A stretch of 42,238 nt of DNA from a virus. Its lineage: Duplodnaviria > Caudoviricetes. The translations under genes and the position numbers were made by a program. Where the stretch lies: positions 1 through 42,238 of the IMG/VR virus record IMGVR_UViG_3300048599_000730. One strand, written 5' to 3'. The notes under the pieces are model-generated. The model was not told the DNA's origin. It saw only the letters and a program-made list of their open reading frames with translations, and ran no database searches. This document shows, one piece after another, positions 35,372 to 42,238 of the stretch (position 1 is its first letter; the number at the start of each line of letters is the position of its first letter).

Positions 35372-36566
35372 GACAACGTTCTTTGGCGCGTTGACGGATG
35401 CTCATAAGAGGCTAGCCGAAGGCATCCTCAGTTCGGACATCGACAATTTCCAGGTGATCAGCGGTCTTCTTGAGCTCGACCCGAAAGAGGACTACAAGTA
35501 TATCGATCTTCGAGGGGTCGACTTCAGTGATAGTGATATTCGGGGATATGACTTCACTGGCAGCGATCTTCGAGGAACTACGGGAATTAACGTCAAGAGA
35601 GACGGTACGACGATAATTTTAGGGGCGCGCCTCGAAGGCTCTCTATTCGAGATAGAGGCACGCCTCGATGACTTTTTTCGCTCGAATGAGGCGGCTCGTA
35701 CTCAACTCGGCAGGCTATCCGACGCCTACTGGACTGAGGCATCTACATGGGTCGGTTCTAATGTGCGTAGGTCCAGTCCGCACCTTTCCAGAGATCTTAG
35801 AATTGCGATGGCGTTATTCCGTTCAACAATGTCGGCTGTTGTTCGGTCTGATATCATATATTTCTCTCGGGCGGCGTTTACTGACGGCAATGAGTATTGT
35901 GATTTCCTTATGTATATTTTATCAAAAGACGATACGACGCCTGACATGATGCGCACTATTCTCCGTATCATCGCTCAGGCATTTAGTTCGAATGAGCGAG
36001 CTTTCCATGCACTCGTGAGATTTCTGCGCGATGATGACCTTGGTACTCGAATTATTGCTCTACAGGGGCTTGTGCGCTCACAATTCTTTGTTGCTGCTAG
36101 CGAAGTAATTGCGCAGATTATGGAAAAAGAATCTGAGCAGTATGCACGCTTATCCTATTTTAGGCTGCTGTGCAGCAGGGTACATAGGCCGACGGAATTC
36201 GAAGACTGGTTGTCTGAATATCAAATTGATCCGCACAAGGAAATTACTCTCGAAACGATAGCCGAGATTAGTCGAAATTGGGGGCGACAGACGCAGTTCA
36301 AGCAGTCCAGTCGCACCGTTGGACAGTTCGCGTCAAGAGGTATCATAGCTCGGGTATTCCAGGATCTACCCGTGTTATCACGCGTCGTCGCATTCTTTCG
36401 ATCACTTGAGGTGGTTGGCCTGCGGATCCGGGTCGATGATGATGTCGCATTACTAGATACCCAACTGCGGGCGGCGCTAGCTAAAGAGATTGAAGACGCG
36501 AAGAAACGATCATCTCGTGGAGTTCCATCCGACGTATTTGTCGATAGCAGGCGGTTGCACTATTGA
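35361..36566 (+). CDS. Pentapeptide-repeat protein with HEAT-like helical region
   Basis: IDLRG VDFSD SDIRG YDFTG SDLRG..ARLEG; HEAT-like ALVRFLRDDDLGTRIIALQGL. Confidence 0.7.
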   Translation: MRLETTFFGALTDAHKRLAEGILSSDIDNFQVISGLLELDPKEDYKYIDLRGVDFSDSDIRGYDFTGSDLRGTTGINVKRDGTTIILGARLEGSLFEIEARLDDFFRSNEAARTQLGRLSDAYWTEASTWVGSNVRRSSPHLSRDLRIAMALFRSTMSAVVRSDIIYFSRAAFTDGNEYCDFLMYILSKDDTTPDMMRTILRIIAQAFSSNERAFHALVRFLRDDDLGTRIIALQGLVRSQFFVAASEVIAQIMEKESEQYARLSYFRLLCSRVHRPTEFEDWLSEYQIDPHKEITLETIAEISRNWGRQTQFKQSSRTVGQFASRGIIARVFQDLPVLSRVVAFFRSLEVVGLRIRVDDDVALLDTQLRAALAKEIEDAKKRSSRGVPSDVFVDSRRLHY

Positions 36567-36630
36567 CCTTTTCAGACTTCCCTTCGATCATTTCGATATA
36601 CAAATTCGTATTATCGAATGGAATTGCTGC

Positions 36631-36888
36631 ATGCCAGAAGTCGCCGGCCAGAATTTTGACTTGATCGAGCTAATAAAATCGCAGACACGCGTCGAAACTA
36701 AGCTCGATCTCATCATCGAGCGGCTCGATAAAACCGACACTGCTCACGACACCCTCAGACAACGCGTTGATGCCTTGGAACAAAGTCGGGCGAAAACTGC
36801 CGGATTTGTCGCTGCTATCTCAGCGGTGTCAGGTATAATCAGCGCAATCGTCGTGGCTTTCTTTAAAAGTCGTTTCGGAAATCTGTGA
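36631..36888 (+). CDS. Coiled-coil protein with C-terminal TM helix (XhlA/holin-like)
   Basis: RVETKLDLIIERLD..RVDALEQ followed by hydrophobic AGFVAAISAVSGIISAIVVAFF. Confidence 0.65.
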   Translation: MPEVAGQNFDLIELIKSQTRVETKLDLIIERLDKTDTAHDTLRQRVDALEQSRAKTAGFVAAISAVSGIISAIVVAFFKSRFGNL

Positions 36889-36916
36889 CGAAAACCAGTT
36901 GTCACGCGCATTGTGT

Positions 36917-37005
36917 CACAAATTTTGCCTAAATTTCTTCATTGACATCGCGCCGGCGACTTGCGCTAGGCAATTTTGTGTCCTTTCATATTTATTGAAA
37001 GGATA
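36917..37005 (+). promoter_or_regulatory. Promoter candidate flanked by an imperfect inverted repeat, plus an SD-sequestering hairpin
   Basis: TTGACA 36942-36947; CACAAATTTTGCCTA (36917)/TAGGCAATTTTGTG (36967); TCCTTTCA (36981)/TGAAAGGA (36996) covering the SD. Confidence 0.6.
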
Positions 37006-37010
37006 AACAA

Positions 37011-38672
37011 ATGAGGGACCACTATTCAGAATTTAGATCACAGCGCGCTCTTGGACTGTCTCTTCGGACAATCTGCGACAACACCGGAATAACGTACTAT
37101 CGGTCACGACAATTCGAATCGATATACTTAAAGGAGATCCACAGCGGAAAGCCTGCTGTAGTCGAGGAGCCGAAGGCGGCTGCGAAGGCTGCTCAGAAGC
37201 CAGAGAAGAAGAAGCCAGTCCGCATCACGGCCGTCAACGAGCGCCAGGCGCTGCTGAAGAAGGGCATCGTACATCGCGTCATTATCACGAGTGCGCAAGA
37301 CGACACGCCGATTTTTACGGCGTTCTGGACCAATCTGTTGGCATACATGAAGTTTTTAGGCGCCCAGCTTTTCGTCGGCGGCTACACGTATCAGCTCGGT
37401 CTCTACGAAGACCATGCGATCGCGACAGCGAGCTACGCGCCCGAGCTCGCGCCATACCTCGCTTTCGAGCGGACGCGTCTCCTCGACGACCTACTGTATG
37501 TCGGCGACGCCAATGTGCTCCCAACGACCGCGAACCCTCTGAACGGCTGGATGACCGCCAATCGCGGCGGACACGTCATCATCCCGCACGCACGCGTCGC
37601 CCTCGATTCAATACCGCGCATGCAAGCCGCCGAGCCGCATTTTGCGATCTCAACTGGCACGGTGACGATGCCAAGCTACACGCCTCGTGCGGCTGGCCGT
37701 AAAAGCTTGTTCCATCATACATTTGGCGCGCTTTTGATCGAGATTGATACAGACGGCCAGTGCTTCTTTAGGCACCTGCTCGCTGCTGAAGACGGCTCTT
37801 TCCAGGACCTGACGCATTTCATTGACGGCGGCGTTGTCTATCCGGACTCCAGAGACGTGATATGTATAGTCTGGGGTGACATACACACAAGGCAACTTAA
37901 TAGACAGCACGCTCTGAAATCGTTCGGCTATGACACGACGACGAGGGGGACTGTAAAGTCGTCATCTATGCTGAATGCGCTACGCCCTATGTACCAGTGT
38001 TTTCATGACGTATTGGATTTTAGGGCGCGAAATCATCACGGAATTTGTGATCCTCACCAGCGCTCCCTGAACGCCTGCACCGATAATGAATCTGTCGAAG
38101 ATGAGCTCGACGAGGTCGCCAAATTTGTCGCTGCCGTACAGCGTGACTGGTGCCGAACGGCGATTATTGAGAGCAATCACGATTGTGCCCTGGCGCGCTG
38201 GCTCAAAGACCCTCAGGGGCAGTTTGACGCCGAAAATGCTTACCTATGGCATCACCTCAACGGCAGATGGCACGGGGCCTACCGGCAAGGAGATCTCCGC
38301 TACAATGTAGTGAGAGATGCCCTCGCGATCTTCGGACTCGAAGAGTCGGATACCCTGGACTACGTCGTGCACGGCGAGAGCTACGAGATAGCTGGGATAG
38401 AGCATGGCCTCCACGGCGACGTGGGCATCAATGGCGCGCGCGGATCGGCGGCCGGACTGCGAAAGATGGCGCCCAAAATCAATGCCGGGCACACGCACAC
38501 GCCTCGGATTCTCGACGGCTATTATAGCGCTGGGGTCAACGGAAATCTCAAGATGGGCTACAATGAGAGCGGGCCGACAACTTGGGCGTATGCTGATATC
38601 GTGACGTATGCGAGCGGAAAGCGGACAATTATCAATAAAACATCTGACGGCCGGTGGCGTGTGGCCTCTTGA
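37011..38672 (+). CDS. T5 A1-like protein (calcineurin-like metallophosphoesterase / nuclease)
   Basis: IITSAQ, NVLPT..PL.G, STGTVT, FGALLIEIDTDG, WGDIH, HDVLDF..RNHH, ESNHDCALARWL, HG..GINGARG, GHTHT, MGYN are all collinear with T5 A1 as recalled; similar length (553 aa). Confidence 0.8.
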   Translation: MRDHYSEFRSQRALGLSLRTICDNTGITYYRSRQFESIYLKEIHSGKPAVVEEPKAAAKAAQKPEKKKPVRITAVNERQALLKKGIVHRVIITSAQDDTPIFTAFWTNLLAYMKFLGAQLFVGGYTYQLGLYEDHAIATASYAPELAPYLAFERTRLLDDLLYVGDANVLPTTANPLNGWMTANRGGHVIIPHARVALDSIPRMQAAEPHFAISTGTVTMPSYTPRAAGRKSLFHHTFGALLIEIDTDGQCFFRHLLAAEDGSFQDLTHFIDGGVVYPDSRDVICIVWGDIHTRQLNRQHALKSFGYDTTTRGTVKSSSMLNALRPMYQCFHDVLDFRARNHHGICDPHQRSLNACTDNESVEDELDEVAKFVAAVQRDWCRTAIIESNHDCALARWLKDPQGQFDAENAYLWHHLNGRWHGAYRQGDLRYNVVRDALAIFGLEESDTLDYVVHGESYEIAGIEHGLHGDVGINGARGSAAGLRKMAPKINAGHTHTPRILDGYYSAGVNGNLKMGYNESGPTTWAYADIVTYASGKRTIINKTSDGRWRVAS

Positions 38673-38717
38673 ACTGTGCTGATGATGTACCTACCATTTG
38701 TCAGGTAGGTGTTTCAG

Positions 38718-39422
38718 ATGTCCGAAATTGTTGTGAAAGTGCAGTTGAGACTTAAAGAATTAGGTCTTTACAGCGGAAATGTAGATGGCATCTGCGGCGA
38801 CAAAACAGCCGCCGCAGTGCGCCAATTCCAGTCGACGATCAAAGGGCTCGTCGTCGACGGTATTCCGGGACCCGCGACTCAGGCGGCGCTCCTTACGTGG
38901 ACGCCAATTCCAAGTCGCGACGTCGACCCAAAGCGCGCAGAGCCACCTGCAGCTAGGCCTGTATGGCCACGCCAGCCTGACGTTGAGCGGATGTTCGGTG
39001 AGCCGGGCGAGCATCAGGTGATGCTCAATCTACCATTCGAGATGGTTCTGGATTGGGAGACGGAAACACCGATCAAGCGCTTCTCGGTGCACGAGAAGGT
39101 CCACGACTCCGCACTTCGCTGCTTTCAGCGCGTTGCCGACGCCTACGACGCTAACGCCAGACGGCGGATTGGTCTTGATCGCTTTGGTGGGTGCCTGGCC
39201 GTTCGAGCGATGCGTGGCGGATCCCGCCTGTCGATGCATTCCTGGGGAATAGCGATCGATTTTGATCCGTCTCACAACGAGCTCAGATGGGATCACACGC
39301 GGGCGAGGCTGGCCAAGCCGGATTGCGAGACATTTTGGCGGATTTGGGAGGATGAAGGCTGGGTGTCACTCGGCCGGGCTCGCGATTTTGACCACATGCA
39401 TTTGCAGGCGGCGCGCCTATGA
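38718..39422 (+). CDS. Endolysin: PG-binding domain plus M15 family zinc peptidase
   Basis: VQLRLKELG..DGICG..FQ..GLVVDGIPGPAT (PG_binding_1); RAMRGG..SMHSWGIAIDFD..DHMHLQ (M15). Confidence 0.9.
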   Translation: MSEIVVKVQLRLKELGLYSGNVDGICGDKTAAAVRQFQSTIKGLVVDGIPGPATQAALLTWTPIPSRDVDPKRAEPPAARPVWPRQPDVERMFGEPGEHQVMLNLPFEMVLDWETETPIKRFSVHEKVHDSALRCFQRVADAYDANARRRIGLDRFGGCLAVRAMRGGSRLSMHSWGIAIDFDPSHNELRWDHTRARLAKPDCETFWRIWEDEGWVSLGRARDFDHMHLQAARL

Positions 39423-39640
39423 AGGAGACATCACGCCGAACCTCAAAAATATGGCTTGCAATCAACAACATCTTGGGCTGGGGAGTGATCTATTATTCGA
39501 TCCACGCCGGTCTGGGTGATGTAGCGACATACGCACTCGGATTTCTCACAACTATCTACGGTCTATATACCGGCGTTGGCCATCTCGATTACCGCCAAAT
39601 TCTGCGCATGGGAGGCAAGGATGTTGGCGGAAATTCTTAA
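39419..39640 (+). CDS. Putative holin (2 TM)
   Basis: 73 aa, two hydrophobic helices, ATGA coupled to the endolysin, upstream of the spanins. Confidence 0.65.
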   Translation: MKETSRRTSKIWLAINNILGWGVIYYSIHAGLGDVATYALGFLTTIYGLYTGVGHLDYRQILRMGGKDVGGNS

Positions 39641-40013
39641 TGTCGGGCTCGCAAAACCGAAGCTGATCGCCGCCGGTGCGATCTCCGTCGTGATCATCGC
39701 CTCCGTCGGCTACGGCTGGTGGACCTATGTCTCCCTGAAGTTCGATCTCGTCGTCGCTCAGCGGCAGGTGACGACCATGGCAGCCAGAGCCGTCGCAGCC
39801 GAGAAGCTGGCTTCCGACAATGCGGCGCAGGCACTCAAGGCCGACGCCGATCGCCGTCTCGCCGTGTCGGCCCTCGAAGAGCAGCAATCAGAAATCTCCC
39901 ATCTGCGTGCTGCTGGCAGAGATCTCGAAAGTGAGATCGCCGCAGCTCCAGAATCCGACGATGGCCCAGTAGCCGCCGTCCTTGAACGGCTGCGGGATGT
40001 CAGATTCAAATGA
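39621..40013 (+). CDS. i-spanin (Rz-like)
   Basis: N-terminal TM plus Ala-rich coiled coil, DDGPVAAVL C-terminus. Confidence 0.75.
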   Translation: MLAEILNVGLAKPKLIAAGAISVVIIASVGYGWWTYVSLKFDLVVAQRQVTTMAARAVAAEKLASDNAAQALKADADRRLAVSALEEQQSEISHLRAAGRDLESEIAAAPESDDGPVAAVLERLRDVRFK

Positions 40014-40270
40014 GAGGATCCGTCGCTATCATTATCGTCACCATGCTCACCGGATGCGCTCACCAGCCGCCAGCGGAGCCGCAGATTCAAGTCGTCGAGC
40101 GTCGTATCGAGGTGCCAAAATCCCTTCTATCATGCGATCCAGAACCTCGTACAACGGCGGCGTGGAAGACGCAGAAAGCCGTGGCGAGCTACATGATCCG
40201 GCTCGCCGAGGCAGGTGCGGATTGCAGAGGAAAGGTCGCAGCGATCTCCAAGATCGTGTCGTCGAGATAG
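40010..40270 (+). CDS. o-spanin (Rz1-like lipoprotein)
   Basis: Lipobox LTGC; Pro-rich, VPKSLLSC..P..GADCRGK. Confidence 0.8.
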   Translation: MRGSVAIIIVTMLTGCAHQPPAEPQIQVVERRIEVPKSLLSCDPEPRTTAAWKTQKAVASYMIRLAEAGADCRGKVAAISKIVSSR

Positions 40271-40271
40271 C

Positions 40272-40305
40272 AAAAGCCGCCGATTTCGGCGGCTTATGTT
40301 TATTT
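40272..40305. terminator. Probable bidirectional intrinsic terminator
   Basis: AAAAGCCGCCGA-TT-TCGGCGGCTT-ATGTTTATTT between convergent genes. Confidence 0.8.
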
Positions 40306-40315
40306 GATGATGTAG

Positions 40316-40474
40316 TCAGGCCGCGTCATCTAGATAATAGTCGGCGATAAAATCCGCGTCGTCATCGTCGTCAGGATCAATCTCGCCCTTTGCAACGCGC
40401 TCCAACCAATCGAGTTCTTCTTCAACTGTATCGATGTGCGAGTCCTCGTATGCGTATAAATATGCGTTTGACAT
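40316..40474 (-). CDS. 52-aa extremely acidic protein (absent from the ORF track)
   Basis: AGGAGCAAAGGAC before ATG; MSNAYLYAYEDSHIDTVEEELDWLERVAKGEIDPDDDDDADFIADYYLDDAA; stop just before the terminator. Confidence 0.7.
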   Translation of the reverse strand: MSNAYLYAYEDSHIDTVEEELDWLERVAKGEIDPDDDDDADFIADYYLDDAA

Positions 40475-40485
40475 GTCCTTTGCTC

Positions 40486-40830
40486 CTAGAGTGGTATTCT
40501 TAGTAGTTCGTGATTTCCATCACCCGGAACTCTAATCAGCTTTCCGTCTTCGTCGAGCAAGTTTAGAAACTCATCGAAAGCCTCTTTGCTTGGAAATATA
40601 TGATGCGACCAAACATTCTGGGCTTCCAACCTCGCGATCACGAGACGGCCGTGCTTAGCGGTCGTGACGTGACAAATTATGTCGACGTCAACGTCGGGTG
40701 AATTCTTGCTGGCAGGCAGATATGCCATGAAATATAGTTTGGCTCTTGGCTTCAGTCCGTCATATTCCCATAGTGTTATCGTTGTAGCGCCGAGGTATTC
40801 TGCGAGACTAATTGCTTTCTCGTGTGTCAT
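40486..40830 (-). CDS. Hypothetical phage protein
   Basis: GGAGG SD before MTHEKAI; middle gene of a three-gene leftward operon. Confidence 0.65.
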   Translation of the reverse strand: MTHEKAISLAEYLGATTITLWEYDGLKPRAKLYFMAYLPASKNSPDVDVDIICHVTTAKHGRLVIARLEAQNVWSHHIFPSKEAFDEFLNLLDEDGKLIRVPGDGNHELLRIPL

Positions 40831-40843
40831 TTGCGTCCCTCCA

Positions 40844-41224
40844 TCATAGTGTTGGTGCCGGTGTTGTATCGCGCTCGACGATACGAGGAGGATCTCGGTC
40901 ATCTAGTTCGTGCTGATACGCGACTTTTATCGATACTCGTGCGCCCCAGTATTCCAGACTACGCTGCAGTTTGTAGAGCTTGTGCAGTAGTTTGAGCGCA
41001 TACAGCCGGTTTTCAGTAGTGTCTGGCATCATGTCGGTTGGCACTTTCGGTACTTGCGGACGTCCATACATAACGTGATAGACGTCTCCGTAAGTTACAG
41101 ACATCGCCACGTAGACCCCAAAACAGAGCAAATACTGACGGATCCGGCGTGCGTCCTCGGTAAAAATGCGAACTTGTGAAGCTTTCAATGACTCCGAAAC
41201 GTCGTCAAAATTGAACTCAAGCAT
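40844..41224 (-). CDS. Hypothetical phage protein
   Basis: GAAAGGA SD before MLEFNF. Confidence 0.65.
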   Translation of the reverse strand: MLEFNFDDVSESLKASQVRIFTEDARRIRQYLLCFGVYVAMSVTYGDVYHVMYGRPQVPKVPTDMMPDTTENRLYALKLLHKLYKLQRSLEYWGARVSIKVAYQHELDDRDPPRIVERDTTPAPTL

Positions 41225-41391
41225 AAGATGTCCTTTCTTTTTGCTTATATAGACAGCTTGAGTGCCGGCGTGGCTGCACACAATGCGCCTGCGGAAATAA
41301 ATCTGTGCTATAAGTATTCAATGCTATATCGCGTCGGCGAGTTGACCCATGCAACGCGGAGATGGAACCTCTCTATATAAGGAGAGGACAC

Positions 41392-41970
41392 ATGGGATTG
41401 TTGAGAGCTATTGCGAACGCAATGTTATTTGCGTTGTCTATTACAGCAACGATTTGTCAGAAAACGGGGCAGGTCATCTACACTGTCGTGAGATCGCTAT
41501 TTCCCGGCGGATCGGCGCCGTCAGAGCTACCGCTGCCGCCGGATGCGCCAGACACGGCAGAAATCCTCGAAGACGCGCACAGAAAGCTGACCGCTGGTGA
41601 GGTGCGGCGACGCCTTGATGCATGGGGAGATGCGACGCCGGAAGCGCGGGATACATACGCTTACCTGCGTGCCAGCGTGCGTCGCCGCGCGAAAATGGAC
41701 GTGCGAGCAATCCGTCCACATGTGCTGACGTGGCTCGTTGAGATGTCGGATTCTAAAGCTGCCCGCCTGCGTCGGGGCGGCGTGATGGCGCTGCAGATGG
41801 AGATCGACGATCTGCAGGATCCGACGCCTGAGCCGATTGCGAAGCCCAAGTCGATTATCGGGCAAGCGCTTGAACTTGAAGCCCGGGCACACACCACTGA
41901 CCAAATCCGACGGCGGATGGCTGAGCTAAAGAGACCGAAAGCGCGCGATATCAGCTACGACGACGATTGA
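41392..41970 (+). CDS. Hypothetical protein
   Basis: GGAGAGG SD (inside a hairpin) before MGLLRA. Confidence 0.6.
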   Translation: MGLLRAIANAMLFALSITATICQKTGQVIYTVVRSLFPGGSAPSELPLPPDAPDTAEILEDAHRKLTAGEVRRRLDAWGDATPEARDTYAYLRASVRRRAKMDVRAIRPHVLTWLVEMSDSKAARLRRGGVMALQMEIDDLQDPTPEPIAKPKSIIGQALELEARAHTTDQIRRRMAELKRPKARDISYDDD

Positions 41971-42238
41971 GAGCGGGATTCAAGAACTGGGCTTCCATTT
42001 CCCTGACGAGGCTTTCGAGATCGGCGCACCGCCGTCTCAGAATCTCGTTTTCGCGCTGTGTGACAGCAGCGATCTCCGCGAGCTGCGACGTTTGCCAGCG
42101 CGAGTGATTCAGAGCGGCAGCCCATTCGTCGATGACATCTCCGGAGTCATCATATTGCGGCTGCGCGTTCAGGACCCCGAAAAGCAGGTCCGTGAAGATG
42201 GCAGAGATGCCGAAAGCGGCGGTCGTCGGGGTAAACAT
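41951..42238 (-). CDS. Hypothetical coiled-coil protein (may be 5'-truncated by the window edge)
   Basis: ORF reaches the window end; heptads RENEILRRRCADLESLV. Confidence 0.5.
   Translation of the reverse strand: MFTPTTAAFGISAIFTDLLFGVLNAQPQYDDSGDVIDEWAAALNHSRWQTSQLAEIAAVTQRENEILRRRCADLESLVREMEAQFLNPALNRRRS

Larger units (their letters stand above)
1097..42238. mobile_element. Lambda-like (siphovirus) prophage integrated in a tRNA gene; extends beyond the right edge
   Basis: tRNA-fragment att site plus integrase, terminase, portal, capsid, tail and lysis modules. No second copy of the att sequence seen in the window. Confidence 0.95.

Noticed and set aside
29107-36566. Diversity-generating retroelement, retron or invertase-based tail switching
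   Set aside because: No reverse transcriptase motifs, no TR/VR repeat pair and no serine invertase seen.
1327-42238. Repressor-less or defective prophage
   Set aside because: The element continues past the window edge, so absence of CI cannot be concluded; no broken core gene was seen.

Overview
The window holds one host GT2 glycosyltransferase gene (1-1011) followed by about 41 kb of an apparently intact lambda-like temperate prophage, probably from a Rhizobiales-type alphaproteobacterium (inferred from protein style). The prophage is integrated in a CAT-anticodon tRNA gene, most likely tRNA-Ile2. Only the displaced 49-bp 3' part of that tRNA is present (1097-1145), so the other att end, and probably the repressor, lie beyond the right edge. 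Gene order: integrase/xis; an ApeA-like HEPN gene; a soluble FtsH-like AAA+/M41 protease with two tandem Zn-finger paralogues; a plasmid-type Rep_3 initiator; an orphan BrnA-like gene; small genes bracketed by six copies of a GTCAC-N3-GTGAC-like motif; a cassette-like accessory block next to a lambda-like cos candidate; the lambda-type packaging, head and tail module with a -1 frameshift chaperone; a moron block (Rap1a-like, membrane proteins, a beta-pore-former-like plus pentapeptide/HEAT pair); a T5 A1-like metallophosphoesterase; endolysin, holin and spanins; and small leftward genes. Best leads: the 34.6-36.6 kb two-gene candidate defence module, the A1-like nuclease behind an SD-occluding hairpin, and a possible translational-silencing layer made of several SD-sequestering hairpins plus a candidate anti-SD sRNA. 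All family calls come from motif recognition by eye; no searches were run.
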